Positions 20,915-29,795 of a stretch of 64,000 nucleotides of DNA are shown here, piece by piece. This DNA comes from an uncultured Syntrophomonadaceae bacterium (GTDB lineage Bacteria; Bacillota; Dethiobacteria; DTU022): NCBI GenBank assembly GCA_964420065.1, contig CAYQQK010000001.1, positions 38,087-102,086 of the forward strand, read 5' to 3'. The notes under the pieces were generated by a model that had not been told where the DNA came from, searched no databases, and saw only the letters and a program-made list of their open reading frames with translations. The position numbers were made by a program, and so were the translations under genes. Within the stretch, counting starts at the first letter, position 1. Each line of letters begins with the position of its first letter.

Positions 20915-22326
20915 TGCCGGTTTTGCGCAGTATTCGCGCCCGGTTGACAGTGACTTTTTTGGTTGTAATCCTGGCGGTAATGGTCATGATCAGCCTTTTT
21001 TTGTACAACCTCCTTGAACGTTACTACCTGCACCATCTCCAGGAGAGCCTGGCCCGCACCGGTCATTCTGCCGCTGAATTTGTCGGCGAGCATTTGCGTG
21101 ATCAGTTGGACCCGGTTCGTTTAAGCGGCCTGGCCGAAATTTTTAATCGCCAGGCCCGGGCGAGGGTGATCTTGATCGACCGGGGCGGGATGGTGGTTGG
21201 GGATTCGGCCCGGATCGGCGCTCTGCTCGGACAAAAGCTTGAACGTGACGAAGTTGCCGTCGCCTTCCGCGGTGAGGTAGGGACGACCATCCAGTACAGC
21301 GCTAAATCCCGGCAAAAGGTGATGCAGGTAGCGGTGCCGGTGGTGGAAAACGGTGAGCTGGTCGGCGCGGTGTTTCTATCCGCCTCCCTGCAAGATATTT
21401 ACAAGACCCTTCAGGACATCCAGCGTTTCTTGTTGCTGACTACCCTGATCGCGATGGTGATCGCCGGCGGAGGCTCGGTGATCCTGGCCTGGAGCTTTAC
21501 CGGTCCGATCGAGCTGCTCACTGCCGCGGCGGCGGAAATGGCCGAGGGGAAACTGGAACAGCAAATTTTGGTTCGTTCGGCCGACGAGATCGGGGGGCTG
21601 GCGCACCAGTTCAATATCATGGCAAACCGTCTTCGGACCATGACCCGCAATTTAAAAAACTTTGCCGCCGATGTTTCACATGAGTTGCGGACCCCCTTGG
21701 CCTCTTTAAGTTTGCTGGTCAAATCACTGCGACAGTACCCGATGGAGGCGGAACAGCGGCAGGAATTTTTGGGGGATATGGACCGGGAGTTGGACCGGCT
21801 CATCCTTCTGGTCAATGACCTGCTTGAACTGACCCGGCTGGAACAGTCCCAGGAAAGCCGGCAGAAACTATTTTCCCTTTCCACTCTTGTGCGCGAAGTG
21901 GCGGATCAGCTCGGCCCCCGTTTTCAGCGGCAGGGGATGCGTCTTATTGCTGCCGAACCTGCCGGGCCGGTTGAGGCATACGGGTCGGCTTTGCAAATTC
22001 GCCGGGTGCTGCATAACCTTCTAGATAACGCGATAAGGTATACCTCCCCCGGGGGATGGGTCCGTGTTTCTGCAGAAGTATGGGGTCGCTTGGCCCGGGT
22101 CAAAGTCGAGGATACCGGTTGCGGTATCCCGGCCGGGGATCTGCCCCACCTTTTCGAGCGTTTTTATCGAGTTGACCCGGCCCGTTCGCGGCAGGCCGGG
22201 GGAACGGGACTGGGGTTGGCCATCGCACGGGAGATCGTCGAAGCTCATGGGGGGCGCATCTGGGCCGAAAGCAGCCCCGGCAAGGGCAGTACTTTTTGTT
22301 TTACCCTGCTCCGCACGGGACCATAA
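20914..22326 (+). CDS. sensor histidine kinase (two TM helices, HAMP, HisKA, HATPase_c)
   Basis: H-box FAADVSHELRTPLASL, N/G boxes (LHNLLDNAIRYT, GTGLGLAIAREIVEAHGG). Its ATG overlaps the regulator stop (ATGA). Confidence 0.88.
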   Translation: MPVLRSIRARLTVTFLVVILAVMVMISLFLYNLLERYYLHHLQESLARTGHSAAEFVGEHLRDQLDPVRLSGLAEIFNRQARARVILIDRGGMVVGDSARIGALLGQKLERDEVAVAFRGEVGTTIQYSAKSRQKVMQVAVPVVENGELVGAVFLSASLQDIYKTLQDIQRFLLLTTLIAMVIAGGGSVILAWSFTGPIELLTAAAAEMAEGKLEQQILVRSADEIGGLAHQFNIMANRLRTMTRNLKNFAADVSHELRTPLASLSLLVKSLRQYPMEAEQRQEFLGDMDRELDRLILLVNDLLELTRLEQSQESRQKLFSLSTLVREVADQLGPRFQRQGMRLIAAEPAGPVEAYGSALQIRRVLHNLLDNAIRYTSPGGWVRVSAEVWGRLARVKVEDTGCGIPAGDLPHLFERFYRVDPARSRQAGGTGLGLAIAREIVEAHGGRIWAESSPGKGSTFCFTLLRTGP

Positions 22327-22409
22327 CCATGCAAAAACCGAAGCCAAATTGTTATTTGCTACAACATGAGTTAAAATGATGACGTTGAACAAGCGCAAAG
22401 GGGTACGAG

Positions 22410-24119
22410 ATGGAGAAAGGCAGGGCAGAAATCGGGCGCCTGCTGGCACCCCTGGTATCTCTCGATGCCGGGCAGGCCGAAGCACTACTGGAAATACCAC
22501 CTTCCCCGGAAATGGGGGATTTTGCTTTTCCCTGTTTCATTTTGGCTTCTCGTGAAAAGAAAGCCCCGGGGGCCATCGCTGCAGCCCTGGCTGCGAACCT
22601 GGCCGATGAACGGGGTCAGTACTGGGAAAAAGCAACTGCCCGGGGCCCGTACCTTAATTTTTTTCTTGATACCGCCACTTTCGGGCAAGAGGTGTTACAA
22701 CGGATCTTCCGGGAAGGGTCAGACTATGGCGGTTCAACGGTTGGAGCGGGACGCACCGTGGTCATTGATTTTTCTTCACCAAACATTGCCAAACCCTTCA
22801 GCATCGGGCACCTGCGCTCAACGGTGATCGGCCATTCCCTTTATCTGATCTTCAAGGCGCTCGGTTACCGCTGTGTGGGGATCAATCACCTTGGTGACTG
22901 GGGGACCCAGTTCGGTAAGATAATTACGGCTTTCCGCCGTTGGGGTGAGGCGGGCGTCCTTCAGAAAGATCCGGTGAGGCACCTCTTCCAGCTTTACGTC
23001 CGTTTTCACCGGGAGTCGAGAACGGTTCCGGCCCTGGAGGAAGAGGCCCGGGACTGGTTCAGGCGTCTCGAGGAGGGGGATAGCGAGGCGGCGGAATACT
23101 GGAACCGTTTCCGCAATTTAAGCTTGGGCAGTTATGCCGGGATCTATCGCCTGCTGGGAATTCACTTTGACTATTACCATGGAGAAAGTCACTATAATGA
23201 TATGCTTGAGCAAACGATCCGGCTTGTTCAGGAGAGAGGGCTCGCCCGGGAAAGCGAAGGAGCCCTGATCATCGACCTGGAAAAGTACGGACTGCCTCCG
23301 TGCCTGCTCCGGAAAAAGGACGGAGCCACCCTTTACATTACCCGGGACCTGGCTGCCGCCATCTACCGCTATCGCACTTTCCGCTTCCACCGGGCTCTTT
23401 ATGTGGTCGGATCCGAACAGACGCTGCATTTTGCCCAGCTATTTCAGGTTCTGAAGCTGCTCGGTTTTGAATGGGCGGACCGCTGTGCCCATATCCCTTT
23501 CGGACTGATTCGCTTTAAAGGCGGTCGTATGTCCACCCGGGAGGGTAAGGTAATTCTTTTGGAAGAAGTATTGCAGCGGGCGATCGAGCTGGCCCGGGGG
23601 ATCATTGAAGAAAAGAACCCGGATCTGCCCGAAAAGGAGGCTGTGGCCCGTGCAATTGGCCTCGGGGCGGTGCGGTTCGGGGACCTGAGCAATGATCGGA
23701 TCAAAGACATCGAATTTGATTGGGATCAGGTGATGGATTTTGCCGGTGAAACCGCGCCATACATCCAGTATGCTCATGCGCGCATTTGCAGCATCTTGCG
23801 GAAAGTGCCCATCCCAAAAAGGGAAAACATGGCCGGTGTGGCTGCACAACTCCAGGGGGAGGAAGAAAAGGCCCTTCTTAAAGCTCTGGCTCTATTGCCG
23901 GAACGGGTCGATGAGGCGGGCGGGGAGTATCGTCCATCGGTGGTGGCCCGCGCCGTTATCGAAATAGCCCGGGAATTCAATCGCTTTTACCATTGTTGTC
24001 CGGTGTTGGGCAGTGCGGAACCGTTGCAATCAGCCCGCCTGTTCCTGGTTGACGCAACCCGTCAGGCAATTGCCAACGGCCTGGCTTTGCTCGGCATCGC
24101 CGCCCCGGAAGAAATGTAA
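22410..24119 (+). CDS. argS: arginine--tRNA ligase
   Basis: 569 aa class I aaRS (SSPNIAKPFSIGHLRST, HLGDWGTQFG, anticodon-binding C-terminus). Confidence 0.95.
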   Translation: MEKGRAEIGRLLAPLVSLDAGQAEALLEIPPSPEMGDFAFPCFILASREKKAPGAIAAALAANLADERGQYWEKATARGPYLNFFLDTATFGQEVLQRIFREGSDYGGSTVGAGRTVVIDFSSPNIAKPFSIGHLRSTVIGHSLYLIFKALGYRCVGINHLGDWGTQFGKIITAFRRWGEAGVLQKDPVRHLFQLYVRFHRESRTVPALEEEARDWFRRLEEGDSEAAEYWNRFRNLSLGSYAGIYRLLGIHFDYYHGESHYNDMLEQTIRLVQERGLARESEGALIIDLEKYGLPPCLLRKKDGATLYITRDLAAAIYRYRTFRFHRALYVVGSEQTLHFAQLFQVLKLLGFEWADRCAHIPFGLIRFKGGRMSTREGKVILLEEVLQRAIELARGIIEEKNPDLPEKEAVARAIGLGAVRFGDLSNDRIKDIEFDWDQVMDFAGETAPYIQYAHARICSILRKVPIPKRENMAGVAAQLQGEEEKALLKALALLPERVDEAGGEYRPSVVARAVIEIAREFNRFYHCCPVLGSAEPLQSARLFLVDATRQAIANGLALLGIAAPEEM

Positions 24120-24371
24120 AGGGGCTCTAGATCGGTTTCTCGTCTCTCCCTCCTTGCAGGCGGGAGGGGGAGCGGTTCCAGCGAGTTCGGGCAAGGGGAA
24201 TAGGGGGTCAACAGCAAATCACGGTTTTCTTTGGTGGTTTATCCCGTGACTTTTTCATGTCATCCGCAAAGGGAAAGGATCGCGGACTAGAGGTTTCATA
24301 AACAGGGGGGAAACCGAGTTACAGCGATTGGCACGACTGAAGCTTTTGCAATGCAGGGGGCTAGACCAAAA

Positions 24372-25646
24372 ATGCTTGACTTGAAACGGGTACGCGAAAA
24401 TCCGGATGCGGTGCGCCGGGCCATGGAGCTGAAAAAAGAAACGGCCGACCTGGACGAGCTGCTTCGCCTCGATGAAGAGAGAAGGGATCTCCTCTCCGAA
24501 GCCGAAGCACTGAAACGACGGCGCAACATCGTTTCCAGGGAGATCGGCCGTCAGAGGAACAAAGCCGGCGCGGAGGCCATGAAGGCGGAAATACGGCAGG
24601 CCAACGAGCAGATTCGCTTTTTTGATGTCAAACTGCGCCGGGTAGAGGCAGAAATGGAGCAAATCCTGCTGCGCTTGCCAAACCTTCCGGATCCGGCAGT
24701 GCCGCCCGGACAGGACGAAGCGGACAACATGGAAGTGCGTTCATGGGGCCGCCTCCCCGCCTTCTCCTTCACGCCACGTCCGCATTGGGAAATTGGCGAA
24801 ATGCTCGGCATCATCGATTTCCCTCGGGCGGTGAAGATTGCCGGTAGCCGTTTTGCCCTTTACTGTGGCGACGGGGCAAGGCTGGAGCGGGCCCTGGTCA
24901 ACTTCATGCTAGATTTGCATACCGGTGCCCACGGTTACCGCGAGATCTTTCCTCCCTTTATGGTCAACTCGGGCAGCATGACCGGAACCGGGCAACTGCC
25001 AAAATTTGCCGAAGATGCCTTCAAGATCGAAGACACCGATTATTACCTGATTCCCACCGCTGAAGTGCCGGTGACCAATCTGCACCGGGAGGAGATCATC
25101 GATGCGGCCGCACTGCCCCTGCATTATGTTGCTTACAGCGCCTGCTTCCGTGCCGAAGCCGGTGCCGCCGGGCGGGATACCCGCGGGCTGATCCGCCAGC
25201 ACCAGTTCAACAAAGTTGAGCTGGTCAAGTTCGTCCTGCCGGAAAAATCACCGGAGGAGCTGGAAAACCTGACTCAAGATGCAGAAAAGGTATTGCAACT
25301 TCTGGGGTTGCCTTATCGGGTCATGTTGATGTGCACGGGAGATCTTGGCTTTGCCGCCGCCAAAAAATACGATCTGGAAGTTTGGCTACCTTCAGCCGGA
25401 ACTTACCGTGAAATATCCTCTTGCAGCAACTTCACTGACTTTCAGGCCCGCCGGGCGGGGATTCGTTATCGTTCAGCACCGGGACAAAAAGCGCAGTTTG
25501 TTCATACCCTGAACGGTTCCGGTGTTGCCATCGGCCGGACCGTTGCTGCGATCCTGGAAAATTACCAGCAAGAGGACGGTAGCGTTATCATACCCGAAGT
25601 GTTGCGCATCTACTTTGGTGATCGTGATAAAATAAGCCGTCAGTAA
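24372..25646 (+). CDS. serS: serine--tRNA ligase
   Basis: N-terminal coiled coil plus class II motifs ([40 protein letters not shown]). The start [10 protein letters not shown] is 7 codons inside the listed ORF. Confidence 0.93.
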   Translation: MLDLKRVRENPDAVRRAMELKKETADLDELLRLDEERRDLLSEAEALKRRRNIVSREIGRQRNKAGAEAMKAEIRQANEQIRFFDVKLRRVEAEMEQILLRLPNLPDPAVPPGQDEADNMEVRSWGRLPAFSFTPRPHWEIGEMLGIIDFPRAVKIAGSRFALYCGDGARLERALVNFMLDLHTGAHGYREIFPPFMVNSGSMTGTGQLPKFAEDAFKIEDTDYYLIPTAEVPVTNLHREEIIDAAALPLHYVAYSACFRAEAGAAGRDTRGLIRQHQFNKVELVKFVLPEKSPEELENLTQDAEKVLQLLGLPYRVMLMCTGDLGFAAAKKYDLEVWLPSAGTYREISSCSNFTDFQARRAGIRYRSAPGQKAQFVHTLNGSGVAIGRTVAAILENYQQEDGSVIIPEVLRIYFGDRDKISRQ

Positions 25647-25772
25647 TCCTGGGCGTGACCGTTTTGGGTGGTGTTTTGACGGCGAACAACGCCTGCAGAA
25701 TGGGCCCATCTGACGTCCGGTGCAAATTGACAGCGGTTGCAGCCGTGTGCTATACTTTTGGAGCGAAGAGGA

Positions 25773-25859
25773 GGAGGGGTGTCCGAGGGGTTTAAGGAGC
25801 CGGTCTTGAAAATCGGTGTCCCGCAAGGGCCGTGGGTTCGAATCCCACCCCCTCCGCCA
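25773..25859 (+). tRNA. tRNA-Ser (anticodon UGA), CCA encoded
   Basis: Manual fold: acceptor GGAGGGG/CCCCTCC, anticodon loop CTTGAAA, long variable arm, T-loop TTCGAAT. Confidence 0.85.
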
Positions 25860-25875
25860 CCAACCTGAACCCGAA

Positions 25876-25969
25876 GGAGAGATGGCCGAGAGGCTGAAGG
25901 CGGTCGCCTGCTAAGCGACTAAGTGGGAAAAAACCTGCTTCGAGGGTTCGAATCCCTCTCTCTCCGCCA
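25876..25969 (+). tRNA. tRNA-Ser (anticodon GCU), CCA encoded
   Basis: Acceptor GGAGAGA/TCTCTCC, anticodon loop CTGCTAA, long variable arm. Confidence 0.85.
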
Positions 25970-25972
25970 TAT

Positions 25973-26050
<78 letters not shown>

Positions 26051-26052
26051 GG

Positions 26053-26109
26053 AATGAACCAAATAGCCACGGTCCTCTTTCAATGCACCGTGGCTATTGG
26101 TTCATTTAA
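26053..26109 (+). terminator. long near-perfect hairpin (~21 bp stem) terminating the tRNA cluster
   Basis: GAATGAACCAAATAGCCACGGT-(13 nt)-ACCGTGGCTATTGGTTCATTT. Confidence 0.5.
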
Positions 26110-26322
26110 GGATCTTCATCAATCGGTACCCGGGTTCGCCACCGGAACAGGGACTATTCTTCCCATCTCATCCACCTGTTTACATCAATTTCGTATTTCT
26201 TCAATGCACCGCCGTCCAATATAAGAAATTTTAATATTTGGGGGGATAGTACAAATCGGTGTTAGCATCGGGATCCCTGTAACCCAACAAGCCGGATAGA
26301 TCATGTATCAACTGTATGATGG

Positions 26323-26691
26323 TCAGTTTTTCCTGGGTTTGTTCCTGTTGTGATTTCTTTCCAGGGAAGAAGGATGTTGCTCCTTTTCAATAAAATGCTC
26401 CATCACCTTTTTAAGGTGCATATAAATCTCGGGAGGAAGGATTGCGTATGAACCCGAAGGGTCAGCCACGATAAGTTTTTCAGGGTTTCGAATATTGCTC
26501 CGTCCAAGAAGGTAATCGGTCGTTACATCGAAAAAATCAGCCAGTGCATGAAGGGTATCGTAGTCGGGGGATCGTTTGTTTGTTTCGTATCGCGACAGGG
26601 TGACATTACTTATTTGAAGCTGTTTTGCCAGCTCCAACTGCGAGATGCCACTTTCTTTCCTAAGCTTTTTTAAACGATCCCCAAGCCCCAT
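26323..26691 (-). CDS. XRE-family helix-turn-helix transcriptional regulator
   Basis: N-terminal HTH_3 (LKKLRKESGISQLELAKQLQISNVTLSRYETNKRSPDYDTLHALADFF). The local GC is clearly lower than the surroundings. Confidence 0.8.
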   Translation of the reverse strand: MGLGDRLKKLRKESGISQLELAKQLQISNVTLSRYETNKRSPDYDTLHALADFFDVTTDYLLGRSNIRNPEKLIVADPSGSYAILPPEIYMHLKKVMEHFIEKEQHPSSLERNHNRNKPRKN

Positions 26692-26849
26692 TTAACTCCT
26701 CTTTTTGAATCCAAGTAAACGTACCATAGCATAAGGAGAAGCGCATTTAAAGGAAGTTGCCGAAAAGGAAACATGGGGTTTGCGATTACCGACCCGGTAA
26801 TATATACTGGAAAAAACAGCTCCCCGGTTGGAAAATATAACTATACGGG

Positions 26850-27053
26850 ATGATGATGGATAGCGACAAGGGTCGGGACCGGGTTATTCACGCCATCGAA
26901 AGCACCAGATTGGAAATGACGGAGTGCCTTCGACGGGCCGGGTATTGCTTTTACGATGTGGACGTGATCAAATTGAGTCGGAAGTTGGATCGTTTGCTGA
27001 ATTTGTATTACCGCATGCAAAATAGAAGGGGAAAATTAAAAGATCTGTTATAA
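26850..27053 (+). CDS. Spo0E-like sporulation regulatory (aspartyl-phosphate phosphatase family) small protein
   Basis: 67 aa with the helical-hairpin pattern I-x-x-x-R-x-x-M...S-R-K-L-D-R-L-L-N-L-Y typical of the Spo0E family. Divergent from the XRE gene. Confidence 0.6.
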   Translation: MMMDSDKGRDRVIHAIESTRLEMTECLRRAGYCFYDVDVIKLSRKLDRLLNLYYRMQNRRGKLKDLL

Positions 27054-27191
27054 AATCTCACTGGTTGCGGCTATTCCGGGGATGGTTGTGCAGGTCAGTT
27101 GTCTCCTGTTCTGGTGTGAAGCAACGTGATCCAAGCTTCACCAAGCAGGATATCTTTGTTTTCAGTCAAATAATAGAATCAGTTTAAAATC

Positions 27192-27207
27192 GGTCACAAA
27201 CGTGACC
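27192..27207 (+). promoter_or_regulatory. perfect inverted repeat GGTCAC-N4-GTGACC upstream of the mbfA-like gene (candidate operator)
   Basis: aatcGGTCACaaacGTGACCatg lies ~75 nt upstream of the ATG at 27284. Confidence 0.3.
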
Positions 27208-27283
27208 ATGTAGCGGGCAAGAAAGCGATTGAATTTATCAAACGGCAATTGTTGATCATTGCACCGCGTCGGGGGGTGTCAAA

Positions 27284-28165
27284 ATGAGTCTCAAGTTGAC
27301 AGAGCAGACCCAAATACTGCTGCTTGGCTATCAGCAGAACGAAATTACCGACCATGCTATCTATGGGCATATAGCCAGGCGAGAAAAAAACCGGCAAAAT
27401 AAAGCCGTGTTGGAACAGATCTCCCGGGAGGAGGCGGAGCATGCCGCCATTTGGAAAAAGTATACCGGAAGGGAGGTGAAGCCCAAACGCGGGCAGGTAA
27501 TCTGGTACGGTCTACTCAGCCGGCTGATGGGGTATACTTTTATGATCAAAATGATGGAAAAAGGAGAGTATACCACCGGCAGGAAATACAGGCAGTTGCA
27601 GCGGGAGATACCCGAAGCAGCCAGGATAATCGAAGATGAACAAAGGCATGAGTCCCAACTGGCGAACATGCTGGATGAGGAACGATTGCAATATGTAGGC
27701 GCCATGGTTCTCGGCCTAAATGATGCGTTGGTAGAACTGACGGGGGCTTTGGCCGGTCTTACCTTTGCCGTGGCCAGTACCCGCCTGGTGGCCCTTGCGG
27801 GTATCATTACCGGTGCATCGGCTACTCTATCCATGGCGGCCTCCAATTATTTGGCCGAAAAAGCAGACGGCAACCCCGATGCTTTAAAATCCAGCCTCTA
27901 CACGGGGGCGGCTTATCTGGTAACGGTGGTGTTGCTGGTCATACCCTACCTGCTCTATCCGGAGCACGCCTATGCCGCCGCCCTGGCGACCATGCTGCTA
28001 ACGGTCATTTTGATCATTTTCTTTTTTAACTATTACATTAGCGTAGCCAAGGACTTACCTTTTGGAAAACGTTTTGGTGAGATGGCCGGGATCAGCCTGG
28101 GTGTAGCGCTTATTGCTTTTCTCATCGGCCTGGCCGCCAAGGCATTTTTGGGTATAGAGATCTAG
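27284..28165 (+). CDS. membrane-bound ferritin-like / VIT1(CCC1)-family iron exporter (MbfA-like: N-terminal ferritin-like domain plus C-terminal VIT domain)
   Basis: N-terminal rubrerythrin/ferritin-like E-x-x-H motifs (DHAIYGHIARRE, EEAEHAAIW) followed by VIT-family TM helices (GLNDALVELTGALAGLT...). Confidence 0.75.
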   Translation: MSLKLTEQTQILLLGYQQNEITDHAIYGHIARREKNRQNKAVLEQISREEAEHAAIWKKYTGREVKPKRGQVIWYGLLSRLMGYTFMIKMMEKGEYTTGRKYRQLQREIPEAARIIEDEQRHESQLANMLDEERLQYVGAMVLGLNDALVELTGALAGLTFAVASTRLVALAGIITGASATLSMAASNYLAEKADGNPDALKSSLYTGAAYLVTVVLLVIPYLLYPEHAYAAALATMLLTVILIIFFFNYYISVAKDLPFGKRFGEMAGISLGVALIAFLIGLAAKAFLGIEI

Positions 28166-28176
28166 TTTGAAGGAAA

Positions 28177-28205
28177 GGGGGACGGGGGACGCGTCCCCGT
28201 CCCCG
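28177..28205 (+). terminator. GC-rich near-perfect palindrome (centre ACGCGT) between mbfA-like and tadA
   Basis: GGGGGACGGGGGACGCGTCCCCGTCCCC, with no U-tract. Confidence 0.35.
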
Positions 28206-28236
28206 GTTCCAGCGTCCGATTTGGGGGGGATGATCT

Positions 28237-28692
28237 ATGGCCGGGCCGGAGGAGAGGTACATGTTTTTGGCCCTTGAACAGGCCAAGCAGGCCTTTTCAA
28301 GGGGTGAAATCCCGATCGGGGCCGTTCTGGTGCGCGATGATCAAGTGATTGTTGCAGACCGCAACCGGCGCGAACAGTACCGCGATGCCACTGCCCATGC
28401 CGAGATCCTGGTCTTGCGTCGCGCCGGGGAAATACTGGGCGGTTGGCGCCTGTGCGGGAGCACCCTTTATGTGACCCTGGAGCCATGTCCGATGTGTGCC
28501 GGAGCTTTGGTGCAGGCGCGGGTGGAGCGGCTGGTGTACGGGGCGGCCGATTCCAAGGGTGGTGCTTGTGGGGCCCTTTACAATATTGTGCAGGACGAGA
28601 GGCTGAACCACCGGCTGGCTGTAACCGGGGGGGTCCTGGAAAACGAATGCGCGACGCTGTTACGGGAATTTTTTTCAAGCCGCAGGGCATGA
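28237..28692 (+). CDS. tadA: tRNA-specific adenosine-34 deaminase
   Basis: CDA-fold zinc motifs HAEILVLR and PCPMCAGA, 151 aa. Confidence 0.92.
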   Translation: MAGPEERYMFLALEQAKQAFSRGEIPIGAVLVRDDQVIVADRNRREQYRDATAHAEILVLRRAGEILGGWRLCGSTLYVTLEPCPMCAGALVQARVERLVYGAADSKGGACGALYNIVQDERLNHRLAVTGGVLENECATLLREFFSSRRA

Positions 28693-28904
28693 TCCACTTG
28701 ACCGGCTGTTTCCGGCCGGTACCTTTAAGCTTAGAAAAGGGCCGCAACCGGTTTGCATTCGGCTTGGTTTTGTGGTAAGTTGAATCTTGGTGTTAAAAAG
28801 TAGATGAACAAGATCACGACAGGCCTCTGGTGCACCGGTCAGGCGCAAGTGTAATTGTGATTCCGCTTTTTGACCGAAAACACTTTAAGGAGGCCGAACC
28901 AAAA

Positions 28905-29102
28905 ATGGTCGGTACAGTAAAATGGTTTAACCCCGACAAAGGGTACGGGTTTATCGAAAGTGACGAGGGCGGGGATGTTTTTGTCCACTATTCCGCCATC
29001 CAGGGGGAAGGATTCAGGAACCTTGACGAGGGACAGCGGGTAGAGTTTGATGTCGTCGAAGGAAATCGTGGTTTACAGGCGGCCAACGTAGTCTGCTTGT
29101 AA
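28905..29102 (+). CDS. cold-shock protein (CspA family)
   Basis: [17 protein letters not shown]...VFVHYSAI with RNP1/RNP2 motifs. An SD GGAGG lies upstream. The listed ORF starts earlier, at 28830. Confidence 0.9.
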   Translation: MVGTVKWFNPDKGYGFIESDEGGDVFVHYSAIQGEGFRNLDEGQRVEFDVVEGNRGLQAANVVCL

Positions 29103-29119
29103 GTGATATCAAGGCTTTT

Positions 29120-29160
29120 GGAAGGGCATTTCCGCCGGTGGTGGAAATGCCTTTTCTATT
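29120..29160 (+). terminator. rho-independent terminator after csp
   Basis: GGAAGGGCATTTCC...GGAAATGCCTTTTCT. Confidence 0.5.
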
Positions 29161-29378
29161 TCAGAGTCGGCGCCATGGCCCGTAATGATCCCCCCGATGA
29201 CCGTCATTTTCTGTTTGTCGCTGTACAGTATCCGGGAGAGAAATGGATTTCGCGAAGATGGGCGATCCTTATCTAGAATCAGATCGTTGCGATCGATCGC
29301 GGCCGGTTGCCAGGGGGTCTGGTTTGCGATACAATAAAAACGGTCGGAGCCGGTTGACCGGCTTCCGGCTTGTGACGT

Positions 29379-29474
29379 GGAGAGATGGCCGAGCTGGGCG
29401 AAGGCGCTCGCCTGGAAAGCGAGTAGGCGGGGCATAACCTCGTCTCGAGGGTTCGAATCCCTCTCTCTCCGCCA
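29379..29474 (+). tRNA. tRNA-Ser (anticodon GGA), CCA encoded
   Basis: Same acceptor/T-arm as the GCU isoacceptor; anticodon loop CTGGAAA; long variable arm. Confidence 0.85.
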
Positions 29475-29483
29475 GTATTGTTT

Positions 29484-29755
29484 TGGCCGTGCTAGATGGG
29501 GAGGTAGCGGTGCCCTGTACCCGCAATCCGCTGGAGCGGGGTCGAATTCCTGCCCCCGGTCCCGGCAACTTTCAGGGCGGCGCCGGTTCAGCCGGTGAAG
29601 AAAGTCCGGTCCCGTGCGGCGCGAGCTCATGAACCCCGTCAGATCCGGGAGGAAGCAGCGGTAAGTGAAGCCTCGCGGGTGCCACGGGGTAGCCGGGCTG
29701 GAGCCGGTTGTCCGGAAAGCGCCTGGGGGTTCCGATCAAAGGCAGGTGCACGGCC
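29484..29755 (+). ncRNA. ffs: signal recognition particle RNA, large Bacillus type (scRNA with Alu domain)
   Basis: Near-identity to recalled B. subtilis scRNA blocks: GCCGUGCUAgauGGGGAGGUAGCGGUGCCCUGUACCcGCAAUCCGCU, the domain IV motif GUCAGaUCCGGgAGGAAGCAGCgGUAAGUGAAgCCUC, and the 3' GGUGCACGGcc pairing with the 5' end. Confidence 0.85.
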
Positions 29756-29795
29756 ATTTATTATGTACTGTTGCTTGGACCGGGGGGGTCGATCT

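Noticed and set aside
24120-24371. Possible T-box leader upstream of serS (250-nt gap)
   Set aside because: I searched for the AGGGTGGNACCGCG core. The closest match (AAGGGAAAGGATCGCGG) has about 5 mismatches, including the tRNA-acceptor-pairing bases. Only simple hairpins were seen.
29595-29795. N-terminal 67 codons of the listed dnaX ORF, and minus ORFs 29109..29630 and 29269..29568
   Set aside because: They overlap tRNA-Ser(GGA) and the SRP RNA. The DnaX conserved N-terminus begins at the GTG at 29796.
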